Assembly (NCBI RefSeq): GCF_006345805.1
Contig: NC_043000.1
Span: forward strand, 77,624,001-77,688,000
DNA length: 64,000 bases
Reading direction: 5' to 3'
DNA from: Octopus sinensis
Lineage: Eukaryota
The position numbers were made by a program, and so were the translations under genes. The stretch's first letter is position 1. Each line of letters opens with the position of its first letter. The notes beneath the pieces were generated by a model, which did not search any database, had not been told where the DNA came from, and saw only the letters and a list, made by a program, of their open reading frames with translations. Below, in pieces: positions 25,078-37,330 of this stretch.

Positions 25078-26697
25078 CAAGCTTTCCATCCCCTATTCCC
25101 AATTCATCCGGCTACGCAGGGTCTGTACTGACGACTATGACTTTGAGACTCAGTCTCAACTCATGGCTTGCCACTTCATCCTATGTGGATATCCCTTCCC
25201 AACTATCCACACCGCCCTTGCCAGAGCACGTTCAGTGGACCGTGCATCTGCTCTCTCCCCCGACCCGCCGTCTGCCCTCTCCCGTTTCCTCTCACCTTCC
25301 ACCACACCACGCTTCTTCTCCAACGCACCATTCTCCGAGCCTCCCGACGACTCCAGTCCTACCCCTCAACTATGCACATCTTCCCTAACCGACCCCTCCA
25401 CTCCTTCAAACGAGCTCACAACCTACGAGATCTCTTGGTCCACTGCTTCTTCCCTAACCCAACCTCCCAATCCGGCTCGCTCCCCTGCTTTTGCCCACGC
25501 TGCCGCACTTGCCCTTACCTCTCCAACACCACCCTCCTCACCAGCACCCATTATCGACCCTATCATATCACCGACTCCTTCACATGCACTTCCGTCAATG
25601 TCATGTACTGCATCTCCTGCTCTCTCTGCCCTTCTCTATACATCGGGCAAACGAGACGCCGCTTAGCTGACCGGTTCGCAGAACAGCTCCGAGACATCCG
25701 ACTCGGCAATGACACCCAGGTCTCGCGCTATTTCCGCTCTACCGGTCACTCGTTGCAACACCTGTTTGTGTTCTGACTGTCCTTGCACAGGGGGCATCCG
25801 TACTTCCGTCGGTGCTGTGAACAGAGATTAATCTTCTCTCTTCGCTCCTTTGCGCCACATGGGCTCAACTCACCTTCCCTCTCCTCTCTCCCTCTCACAT
25901 CTACATCCTCCCACCCACCTCTCTGTTGCTCCGATTCCTATTTCCTAATTCTTGGGTATCTCTTTTGAATGAATTATTCGTTATCTCTTCACTCCTACTC
26001 TCCTTCTTTCTTCTCTTCACTCCTACCCACTTATTCCTTCCCCCTCTCCCTTAATCGTCACTCCTTCATCATAACCCCACCCTACAAAATCCGACCCCAC
26101 CTTCCCTATCCATCCCATCCCACCTCCACCTCATCCCTTACACACACTCCCACATACACCACCTCTACCCCACCCTCAGCCTAACCCACACCTCACCCTT
26201 GCTTACCCCATTATCGTCTCCCCCACGTCTCAACACCATCACACCACACCACACACCAATATACCATAATCCACCATACCACATAACATCACATCATACC
26301 ACCACGTACACACTAGCACTGACCACTACCCAGCCTCACATCCACACACCTACACATACAGACACGCACACGTCAAGGTCACCAACTCTCTCCCACATGC
26401 ACATACATGCTCTCTTATAGACACGCACGCGCACCTTCGTTTTGGGATCACCATTACTTTATTATCTCCCCTTCTTCCCATGTCTCCTGTGTGGCCCTTC
26501 AGTCTGGCATTCGCCATGATAGATCGCAAGCCAGTACACATTCTTTATTTTCTCTCCTTGTTTCTTGGTGTGTTCCTTTGTGGAAGAGTGTAGGCTCGAA
26601 ACGTTAAAGACTTTTTCACTTCCCGAGCGTTAAACTAATACATCTGTTTGTTTTATACACACCTGTCTTCGTTTTTTTTCTTTTGTAAATTCTCCCA
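25078..26697 (+). mobile_element. Penelope-like element (Neptune-like), 5'-truncated: RT thumb, Cys linker, GIY-YIG and pyrimidine-rich 3' UTR
   Basis: Peptides [26 protein letters not shown] and FTCTSVNVMYCISCSLCPSLYIGQTRRRLADRFAE. The 3' end matches 30637-30825 in reverse. Confidence 0.88.
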
Positions 26698-26712
26698 TAT
26701 ATATATATATAT

Positions 26713-26772
<60 letters not shown>

Positions 26773-26804
26773 GAAGGTTGAAAAGGAACACATGAGTTGA
26801 TATG

Positions 26805-27645
26805 TATAAAGAAAATAAATCAAGGTAGAAAATGCTAAAGTAATTTTATAATGAAAAACATTTTAGTACCGATTCAGTCATTGAGACTTTTTTAACTCTA
26901 AGTATAGAAAAAAAATTAAATTGTCGAAAAGTTAAGTGAAAAGTTTTTAAACAAATATTTCCATAGTATTCAAATACAAGGGGAATTTTCCTTGTTTCTG
27001 CCTGTCTCTCTGTCTTTTTTTAATCTTGTGCGTTCGAAGTAGTTACGAATTCTTGTCTTTGATTGTTTAAGCAGCAGTAGTAGTAAAGGAAGGGTGTGGC
27101 AGAGAAGAAGAAGAAGAAGAAGAAGAAGAAGAAGAAGAAGAAGAAGAAGAAGAAGAAGAAGAAGAAGAAGAAGAAGAAGAAGAAGAAGAAGAAGAAGAAG
27201 AAGAAGAAGAAGAAGAAGAAGAAGAAGAAGAAGAAGAAGAAGAAGAAGAAGAAGAATGCGGGAGTGGTATAATAGTAGTAGGCTGTTAAATGGTCAACTG
27301 CCCTGAAAGTGACTTGTTGTGGATGATAGTAGTGATTGGGACGGTTTTTAATGAATTCTTGAGGTATTTATTCTGAATGTATCTTTTTTAATATTTGCGT
27401 GGGTGTTATTCTAAGTAGAAGTAGTAGTAAATAACTACTTTGTCTTCAAAGACAATTTCTATCGACAAAAGTCGGGGACTGCGATGGGTACGAGAATGCC
27501 CCCCTCCTTTGCTAACCTAGTCATGTGATATCTTTAATTATTTTCCGTACTTAGATTTGAAAAGTCTCAATGACTGAAACTGGTACTAAAATCTTTTTCA
27601 TGATAAAATTACTTTAGCATTTTCTACATTGACTTATTTTCCTTA
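26805..27645. mobile_element. Fold-back PLE remnant with ~110-bp inverted arms, enclosing (GAA)n and an RT motif fragment
   Basis: Arms lie at about 26805-26920 and 27533-27645. 27440-27530 (+) reads FVFKDNFYRQKSGTAMGTRMxPSFANLVM. The (GAA)n tract is at 27104-27255. Confidence 0.7.
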
Positions 27646-27729
27646 CACACACACACCCACACCCACCCACACACGTACACACACACATACGCACGCACAC
27701 ACACATACACACATACACACACACACACG

Positions 27730-27783
<54 letters not shown>

Positions 27784-27991
27784 ATTCGTTTTTGGATTTT
27801 GGAGAGTCAAAACTATTGGAAAGGTTGCAAGTGTCCTTTAGGTACCTGATTTGCAAACTCCTTATCAGTGGTCCGAGATTTCCTCTTTCTCTTGTATTTT
27901 TCTAACGACATTCGCGTTCATGTATGAATGTATGTATGTATGTATGTGTGCATGCATGCATGCACGCATGTATGTATGTGTGTATGTCTTT

Positions 27992-28022
<31 letters not shown>

Positions 28023-28859
28023 GATCGATCTAATATATTTACCTATATATCGTATCACCATTAGATTATTAATACATTAGCTTCCCATCACCCTACTCCT
28101 CTCTCTTTCTTCTTCCCTTCATTTCACCAGTTTATTCCACCATCACAGAAATCATTATTTTGACACAGCAACATGTCGGCTAAAGTAGCACCAACCATAT
28201 TAAAATTGACTGGCTGGTCTACGCTGTCGATACGTAAGTAATAAATTCACAAATACACACACATACATACACACACGTATATGCATGGGTGTATAATATC
28301 TATATAAATGTATGTACATATATATATGTATGTATATACATGTGTATATATATATATATATGAATATATTTGTGTGTGTGTATGTATGTATGTATGTATG
28401 TATCTATGTATGGGTGTATGTATATATGTATATACATAACAACTCTTATATTTTCTCCTACACTAACTTTTCCGATGCAACGTTCTCGTTCACACTTCAT
28501 TAATGCTTCATAAATGCTTCATAAAGAAGAACAACAATAAAAGAACATCTTCCGATCCAACTCACCACACACAATCACATACGAACATACACACGCATAC
28601 TTACAAAGAAGCAAACGCACACGCAATCATAATCATTCACGTGTACAGCAATACGTTTAGCACACGTACATGTCGAAATCTTCGAAGAATGTTTGGCACA
28701 AATCTATTAAATCATGTGTGCGTCTACAGATAAAGTTATGTTGCTATGTGTTTGCAAAGATATGTGGGATAAACATATATCACTGAATTTATGCCTATAT
28801 GTGTGTGTGTGTGTCTGTGCCTGTGCCTGTGTGTGTGTATCTATGCGCGAGTGTGGGGT

Positions 28860-29050
28860 GGGGTTGCGTGCCCACGTTGCTTGAGGCCACTCAGCGGTCA
28901 AAAATGAGTAGTAGCTGTATTTCAAAAGACCAGCCTTGTCACACTGTTTCACGCTGAATTAAGGGTACACGTGTCCGTGCAGTGATCAACCACTTGCAGG
29001 CTGTTCCGTTGATCGAATCAGCTGGGACCTTCCTCGTCTTAACCGACGGA
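28860..29050 (+). mobile_element. SINE family S3, 3' part
   Basis: It matches 57490-57665 (CCAGCCTTGTCACACT...AAGGGTACACGTGTC...AACCGACGGA). Confidence 0.7.
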
Positions 29051-29062
29051 AAAATCATTTTA

Positions 29063-29226
29063 TAGGCGCAGGCATGGCTGTGTAGTAAGAAGTTTGTTTC
29101 CCAACTACATGGTTCCGGGTTCAGTCCCACTGCGTGTCACCTTGAGCAAGTGTCTCCTACTATAGCCTCGGGCCGACCAAAGCCTTGTGAGTGGATTTCG
29201 TAGACGGAAAAAGAAAGAAGACCATC

Positions 29227-29228
<2 letters not shown>
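29063..29228 (+). mobile_element. SINE S1, 5' half
   Basis: AGGCGCAGGCATGGCTGTGTAGTAAG...GGTTCAGTCCCAC..., ending in (TA)n. Confidence 0.85.
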
Positions 29229-29262
<34 letters not shown>

Positions 29263-29292
29263 GCGAGAAAGAAGCAACAAGAATGGATAGGT

Positions 29293-29383
29293 TTTTAGTA
29301 CAATCGTTTCATACAAGGACAGGCTTTATTAAAAGTTGTAAAAATTACAGCATATAAACGTGTCCCGTACTCATCAGCTAAAA
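29293..29383 (-). ncRNA. Type I hammerhead ribozyme, canonical core
   Basis: Reverse-complement copy of 30090-30179. Confidence 0.75.
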
Positions 29384-30089
29384 TACATGTGAGTTCTCTA
29401 GACATCCTAGTGGTTGAGGCTATACTCATGAAGTAATGTAGATAATTATTCTCTTTTTCCTTTTCTCTTCTCTTTTAGTCCCCCCCCCTTTTTTTGCTCC
29501 CTCCTCCTTTATTTTCTCTCTTTTCTTCTATTCCCTTCCCTTTCTATTCTTGGCCTCTCTAGAAAGCCCTTCAGCCTTTAAAAGTTAAATAGCTACAGCC
29601 TCTTGTAAATAGCAGTAATGTGATTAATGTGGCAAATACCTAATCATATAACAAGAATTGATACCTACCTCATTGTGTTCAACCATTGATAAATTTATCG
29701 CCTGTGAATATGAAATTCCTCTTCATTTCTCTGGAAACTTACATCTACACCATTGGAAATTGTGCATCTATACAAAGGATTAATTCACCCTCTCTGTAAT
29801 GCTAATAAGCAGGAATTGAGACCCACCTCGTTGTGATCAACAATGGATAAATTTGTCTTCTGTGAGTATGTAATCCCTCATCATATCTCTGGAAATTCAT
29901 ATGTGCTCTATGGATTAGGTCACCTTCCCTGTGATGCTATTAGAACTTTTTTAAAATTCTGTGATAAGACTGTACATCATCTTTAAAGAACTTTAATGAA
30001 CTTTGGAAATCTGTTTATGTTACTTAATTATCTACATTACTTCATGAGTATAGCCTCAACCACTAGGATGTCTAGAGAACTCACATGTA

Positions 30090-30179
30090 TTTTAGCTGAT
30101 GAGTACGGGACACGTTTATATGCTGTAATTTTTAAACTTTTAATAAAGCCTGTCCTTGTATGAAACGATTGTACTAAAA
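30090..30179 (+). ncRNA. Type I hammerhead ribozyme, canonical core
   Basis: Stem I UUUUAG/CUAAAA; CUGAUGA; stem II GUACGGGAC/GUCCUUGUAU with a ~40-nt loop; GAAAC-GAUU-GUA. Predicted cleavage is after 30173. Confidence 0.78.
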
Positions 30180-30326
30180 ACCTATCCATTCTTGTTGCTT
30201 CTTTCTCGCTTATAATCACCCCACATTACTGTATTGTTAAAACAGTATAGTTTTTTTTGGTGCATCTAAGTTAGGTACCATATTCAAGTAAATTCATTTA
30301 AATTAACTTGAATCTTTATTGCTTTT

Positions 30327-30379
<53 letters not shown>

Positions 30380-30586
30380 CTATGTATGGGTGTATGTATA
30401 TATGTATATATATAACAACTCTTATATTTTCTCCTGCACTAACTTTTCCGATGCAACGGTCACGTTCACACTTCATTAAATCAAACCATTATAAGTAGAG
30501 CTTCATAAATGCTTCATAAAGAAGAACAACAAAACAAAACAAAACATCTTACGATCCAATTATACCATTTATACCATATATATATG

Positions 30587-30636
<50 letters not shown>

Positions 30637-30825
30637 GTAGGAAAAGTTTACGAAAAAACAAAAGACGAAGACAGGTGGTGTACAAAACAAACAGATGTAT
30701 TAGTATAACGCTCAGGAATAGAAAAAGTCTTTTACGTTTCGAGCCTACGCTCTTCTACAGAAAGGTACACAGAAAAAAACAAGGAGAGAAAAAATGTGTG
30801 TAGTGGCTAACGATCTACCATGGCG
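30637..30825 (-). mobile_element. 3' terminus of the Neptune-like PLE family
   Basis: Reverse-complement homologue of about 26540-26697. Confidence 0.75.
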
Positions 30826-30874
30826 TGACTAACGATCTATCATACATATATATATATATATATATGCATGCTTA

Positions 30875-31045
30875 GTGTCTTTGTGTCTGTGTTTGTCACC
30901 CCACCATCACTTGACAACTGATGTTGGTGTGTTTGTATCTCGTACCTTAGCGGTTCGGAAAAAGTGCCCGATAAAATAGGATTTATTCGACTATGGGCGA
31001 TGCTCCATCATGGCCGCAGTCAAACGATTGAAACTAATAAAAAAG
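30875..31045 (+). mobile_element. SINE S1, 3' half
   Basis: GTGTCTGTGTTTGTC...TTGACAAC...TTAGCGGTTCGG...CATGGCCGCAGTC...GAAAC, matching the S1 3' part. Confidence 0.75.
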
Positions 31046-31824
31046 TATATATAAAAAAGTATATAAATTTGATAGGTGTCGACCTGTATAGATGTCTAAC
31101 TTAATAGCACCACTATGTCTAACTTAATAGCACCACTTGGAGTGTGTATATATATATATATATATTATATATATATATATATATACACACATAGATAGAT
31201 ATACATATGTGTGTGTGTGTGTGAGTATACAAGGGTAAAAATTATTAAAAATAATAATTTATACCATTAACTAGCATACATAAAATAATGTCAGCGGGCA
31301 TAAATATTTTTATAATATATATATTGAGAGCAGAGTCAGTAGAGTCACTGGAAAATATATATTTATTGAACTCGAATAAGTACTGAAAACACAAAGTATA
31401 TATAAATATTTCAGTTCTTGGGCAAGATAATTCACTGTAGAATTTTATCCACTGCTGTACATATTCTGACTCGGCACGTTTGTTGAGGCATTTAATTTGA
31501 ATTCTTGAAATACAAAGATGTAACTAAATACGCATGTATTTTCTTTGTATTTTCGGTACGTATTCGAATTTCATAATTATATATTCTCCAGCAATACTAC
31601 TGACGAGACATGGATGGTCAATTCATCAATTACTTAATTAATTAATTGATTTATTTAATCATTAACGGTGTAACTTCGGAGTACAGAGTTAACTGAGAGT
31701 TTAATTCGCTTGCAACCACTATGCCATAAATAAGAATGCTCTTTCGTAGCTGGAGATCTGATTGTCCTTTTTAGTATGTAAGAGGTATACATAATGATCT
31801 TCTCTTCCTGTATAAACTTTTATA

Positions 31825-31863
<39 letters not shown>

Positions 31864-32082
31864 TGCATCATTCAGTCTACTATAATGAATCCATAAACAC
31901 ATACAAAACATCCAAGGCTATATTTTCCCTCTGAAGATATTATGCTCAGATCATATGAACATAAATTTAATATTTACTTAATATTTACTGAGTATTAATT
32001 AAAACAGTTGTAAGTGAAGATGATTAATTTGTTGTTAATAATAAACGATTAACTTCCAATCTCCATTTTCTTTTCTTCTGTT

Positions 32083-32141
<59 letters not shown>

Positions 32142-32259
32142 GTGTGTGTGTGTGTGCGCGTGTGTGTGGTGTGTGTATGTATGTGTATATATATGCATAT
32201 ATCGATATGCATATGTATATATGTGTATGTATATATTTCTCTATGTACGTATATATATA

Positions 32260-32290
<31 letters not shown>

Positions 32291-33547
32291 CAGGGGTTGG
32301 GCAAAATAATGGAAACACCTTCAAATTTCTAGCAAATTTATTTCAATATGAGTAGAACTGCCTTTGGCAGTAATTTCAGCTTGAATCATACGAGGTATGG
32401 ACTCGTACAACGTTTGGATTGTTTCCAAGGGAATTTTTGTCCATTCTTCAGCTAAAACAGTCTCCAGTTCTTGTAGTGATGATGGTGGAGGATATCGATT
32501 CCTTACTTGTTTTTCTAAAGCGCACCATAAATGTTCAATAATATTGGGATCTGGGTATTGTGGTGGCCAGATAAGATGTTCAACTTCACTAGAATGTTCC
32601 TCGTGGCATTCAATAACAACTTTAGCCGTGTGAATTGGTGCATTATCATCCTGAAAGATTGCGTTTCCCTCCGAAAACAGTTCCGCAACTATAGGATGAA
32701 TTTGATTAGATAAAAGCCTTAAATAGTCTTGACTATTAATTCAGCTATGAAGGGAAACTATTGAGCCGGCGGATTTCCAAGATATAACCCACTCCCCCGC
32801 AGATCAACACAGATCCTCCTCCATGCTTAACATTTGGAAAAAAGCAGTCTAGGTCAAATGTTTCTGTTGGTTGTCTCTACACATATACTCGGCCAGTGGT
32901 CGGAAATAAGGTAAAAGATGATTCGTCCGAGGAAATAACATTCTTACTCTGCTCTAGGGACCAATTCTGTAGGTTTTTATTCCACTCTAAACGCTTTGCA
33001 ATGTTTGTTTTTGAAAGTACTGTTATCCTGATTGCAGCTCTCCTATGAAATTCGGCTTTGTGCAAGCTCCCGGCGAACAGTTTTTGTGGAAACTGGGTTC
33101 TCGAGGTGGTCATTAAATTCTGCAGTAATTTTGGGAGCCGTACTTTTATGATCCTTTCTAACAATTTGCGTAAGAGTCCGACGGTCCCAATCCGAAAGTT
33201 TTAGTTTTGTTCCGGAGTTTTGTTTCGACGAAGAGGATTTTCCCTCTTTCTCAAAGGCTGTTATTACTTTCGAGACGGTACTTCTTGATACACCAAACAT
33301 TTTGACTGTTTTTTATATGCTAGCGTCTGCCATCCGACCACCAACAATTTGACCTCTTTGAAAGTTCGATAGATCTGTCATTTTAATGAATTTTAGTTAC
33401 CTTTTTCTGATGATATCTGAAAAGAAACGGCAATTTTAGCAAAACATATTAAGCAACATTAAAAATAAACAAGCTTTTGACGGATTCATAGACATTTCAA
33501 AATTATGATACTATGATGCGCGGTCTTCCCATTATTCTGTCCAACCC

Positions 33548-33550
<3 letters not shown>
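32291..33550 (-). mobile_element. Tc1-family transposon, degenerate, with short TIRs, inserted in (TA)n
   Basis: TIR CAGGGGTTGGRCARAATAATGG at both ends. Peptides VSRSTVSKV...DRRTLTQIVRKDHKSTAPKI and NVISSDESSFTLF. Confidence 0.9.
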
Positions 33551-33587
<37 letters not shown>

Positions 33588-33591
33588 TATA

Positions 33592-33654
<63 letters not shown>

Positions 33655-33689
33655 GTGTGTGTGTATACATGTATGTATGTATACATATA

Positions 33690-34815
33690 TAATAAGTGAG
33701 AAAATATATTGTAAATTACCGAACGAAAGTTAAAAAGCGTATAACGTATACTGAGTGTACAACCGGACAGGAGGCAGACACAGACGATCCTTAATTCTTG
33801 AAGACTTTTCAACCAGATGGTATTACTTAGTTTCGCACCATTAATGATAAGAGTGAAAGCTTGCCATGCCGGCGGTGCCCGCCAAAGTTGCGGAGTATTT
33901 GGGGCCGAGAGCAAACAAAACAATGCAGAGTGGACATACGAAAGTGAATAAATGTAATTTAAGACGATGGAGAAAGACGAAAAAGACAAAAATGGTCGGT
34001 AACGCTTAGAAGGCATCGTAAAGGATTAGAAAACAACTAACATAGCAAGACAGAGAGACACAGAGAATTTAGGCCCGGTCAGCTACGCAACCGGTGTGAA
34101 AAAGGGAAAGAAGGGTGGACCACGGTTCATATGTCAGCAGCAGGCAGAGGAGAAAGAGAGCAAGAAAGAGGGAGGGAGAGAGAGAGTGACAGAAGAAAAA
34201 CAACGGAGAGGATGAAGAGGGGAAAAAGGAGAAAAGAGAAAGGCTAGCAATAACAGTAAGAGGGCGAGAGAGAAAGGAAGGAGAAAGAATGAAGGCTAGA
34301 AATAGAGTCACACGGATATATAAAACTTACTGTTAATAAAAGCCGGGTTGCGATTCATTCCGTTACTTAATAAATGAAAAAATATATTGTAAATTAACAA
34401 ACGTCATGTGAAAAACGTATAACGCATACTGAGTGTACAACCGGACAGGAGACAGACACAGAAGGTCCCTAATTCTTCATTAGTTATCAACCAGATGGTA
34501 GTACTCAGTTTTGCACCATTAATGATAAGAGTGAGAACTTGCCATGCTGGCTGTGCCTGCGAAAGTTGCGGAGAATATGGGTCCAAGAGCAAACAAAACA
34601 ATGCAGAGTGGACATACGAAAGTGAATAAATGTAATATAAGACGATGGATAAAGACGAAATAAATAAGAAACGAGCAAAATATAGCCTCAGGGCCAAGCG
34701 TTACTCACCATTCTTGCCTTTTGGGTCCTGAGGCTATATTTTGCTCATTTCTTATTTATTTCATCCTTATCCATCGTCTTAAATTACATTTATTTACTTT
34801 CATATGTCCCCTCTG
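33690..34815. repeat. Diverged ~310-bp direct duplication plus a ~95-bp fold-back
   Basis: 33690-34005 resembles 34378-34695, and 34720-34815 is the reverse complement of about 34600-34695. Confidence 0.8.
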
Positions 34816-35299
34816 TATTCAAGTTCAAATTTTCCAATCGTGTCTCATTGCCATTGCTGCCTCTCAAAGTAATGGTAGCTTCAAAATAAGGTCAGTATGC
34901 ATGTTCAGTGATATGCACTGAAGAAAATAGGTAGTAAACTTATTTCTATTGAAACATCAAGGATGATAAAACTTACGAGTATATGTGTAAACAAATTCTA
35001 GCTGAAAATTCAATGATCGAGCCTATGATCAAACGAATAGTTGATGGATCAAGTATCTTATTAAGAAACCGATGAAAGTAGACGGTTGATGCCTTCCAGA
35101 GAAAAAAAAATGCTTACCAAAAGGTATCAAAAGCTTAAACGGCTCCTGTAAGTGTTGAAAATAGAGCTTTTAGAAAATGATATGACATCATGTTTCACAC
35201 CTAAAGGTAAGTCAATTTCTTGTCCTTAATATTATTTATTTCAAAGTAACAGATCACACTCTGATCATTTTAGCTTCCTGAAATTTCAAAAGATAAAAG

Positions 35300-36130
35300 G
35301 TATTGATTTTTTAATTAAATAGCATTCTTGCACTATTGATACAGTGATAATTAACACAATTATTAATATGAAATTGGAAAGTACCCAGTATGTCAAACAG
35401 ATAGATGGCAACATTTCAGTTCTCTTTGAGGAATCAGCAATTCTGAATATGAAGATCTCCTTAATAGTTTATTTGAAATGGGAAAATGATAAGGAAGGCG
35501 GCATCATTTTGTGTGCTTAAACCTAATTGAATGGTCTAATCAGAGAAGTGTAACTGTTACTACGCTTCTGTTTAACTGTCACATCCATCATGGGCTTAAT
35601 AACGTTTGCTTGAGACAGAACCTTATAGCATTTGCTAGTGATGGAGTAAGTGTAATGGTTGTTGTCAAATCTGGTGATGTAACATTTAACAGGAAACATT
35701 ACCGAAATGTGATCATTTGATAATGTCTTAATAACAAATTAGAACTTGCAGTAGGAGAATTGGTAAGAGAAGTTCATGAATTAATAATTTTCAAAAATTT
35801 ATGGATAAATGGTACCCTAATAAAGGTAGATCACCTCTTAATCGAAGGAACTATCTAAATGTATCTCTCAACTAGAATAGGCCATTTCGGTGGGCACCAA
35901 GTTAAAACGCAAGCGCGTTTTAACTGTTTTAGTGTGCATTTATTTAGTAAAAGCAATGAAGGATGATTATAAGGTGATAGAAAAATTTATGAAGGTCCGT
36001 TGAAGAGACTCTCGTGAGAAGAATTTCCATTGAATTTAGCGGTAATGTATGATACATTGCATGAAGTTGGTTTATTATCAAAATGTTTACTACCATTACT
36101 TATGCAGCACATAAGATCAGTAAATGAAAC
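35300..36130 (+). mobile_element. Decayed hAT transposase fragment
   Basis: NLIAFASDGVSVMVxVKSG...YxNVIIxxCLNNKLELAVGE matches the hAT SDGASVM...HCxxHRLEL region. Confidence 0.65.
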
Positions 36131-37169
36131 AGCAGCCTAGTGCACAAGCTCCAAAAGCCCAAGAGGGAGTTGAAAGTGGAATTTAGAATAATTACCTTCA
36201 CACTAATGTCTTCATTAATCATCTTCCGTTTCCTACTGGTCTTACAAACAATTTTCAGCACTTAATATTTTATTACTCTACCCTTGAAAGACTTAACCTT
36301 CTAAACTATAGAGTATGTATAAATACCGACTAAATTGAATGTGTCTTTGATCAAGTTTACTGGCTGGCTGAAATATCACCTAAATATAGAGAAACTGCAA
36401 TTTCATCTCTCTGTAAGAGGTTTAAGCTATTTTACTTCCCTTACAATAAATGCCTTAAGAGATGATGAAGACTGTTGTTAAGCCACATAGACTTCATCTA
36501 ATTCAGCAACATCCTAAGACGTATATAGCGTCAGGGCTGTGGTACTACATACTGTAGATGATAGACAGGCAAAAGTTGCTTTAAACCCATGATCAGAAAC
36601 TATGCCCTACATTTTATGAAAATTATGCCACTTGTTGATATCATTTTCATAGAGTAATTACTCCTAAATTGGTAAAAAACAAAAAAAAAACAACATAATT
36701 TGTATCTTTTTCTTTGCATTCTTGATAATTATATTTTATGATAATTATTGAGTGCAAGTTACACTGTGCAACCGTGCTAAACCCTGTCATATAATAAAGT
36801 ATTGTGGTTTTTTAGGTCTAATTGTACCACTTATACCCCCCCCCCGCATTTAGGGATAGACTATAATCTCCTTAATGTCTTAAATACCAAGGGTAGGTGT
36901 AGCAAATACAAGAAGAGAGGGAAAGAGAGAGAGAGAGAAAGGAGGAGAGAGAGATAAATATACGGACAAACTGATAGATATAGAGGATATAAAATATAAT
37001 GAGCATTTTGTGAGCTTTGGCACCTTAAAAAATCTAAAGAGCACCTCTAACCACAGCGTAGACTTTTCTTTACGATACCATAAAATATGCTCATTAAAAT
37101 GTATGTGTATATACACAAGTAAGCACATAGATGCAAACAAAGTTGAAAAAATAATACTCGGAAACAAAA

Positions 37170-37330
37170 AGTAGAGTAATATATCATTTGCTAAAGCTGA
37201 AGAATATTTTCAGAAACTGCCACTCAGAGTTTCACGTGACCTTTCGTCAGACAGTTGCGATAATATTGAATAATAAATTATCCGGGTATATGTAATACAA
37301 TCTTACAGTTCAATAAATAGGAATTTCAAT
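37170..37330 (-). mobile_element. 3' end of a PLE related to the 21-24 kb element, with a degenerate hammerhead at 37215-37256
   Basis: Reverse complement: AACUGU CUGACGA AAGGUCACGU GAAA CUCUGA GUG GCAGUU. GTAGAGTAATAT is shared with the 24.08 kb region. The GUG triplet is non-canonical. Confidence 0.55.

Larger units (their letters stand above)
29263..30209. mobile_element. Non-coding fold-back element with near-identical ~185-bp inverted arms, each containing a hammerhead ribozyme
   Basis: Arms are 29263-29448 and 30025-30209 (one 1-bp indel seen). The ~575-bp spacer has no ORF. Confidence 0.85.

Noticed and set aside
31578-31610. CTGACGA followed by a GAC/GTC stem
   Set aside because: No GAAA core or matching stem I follows.
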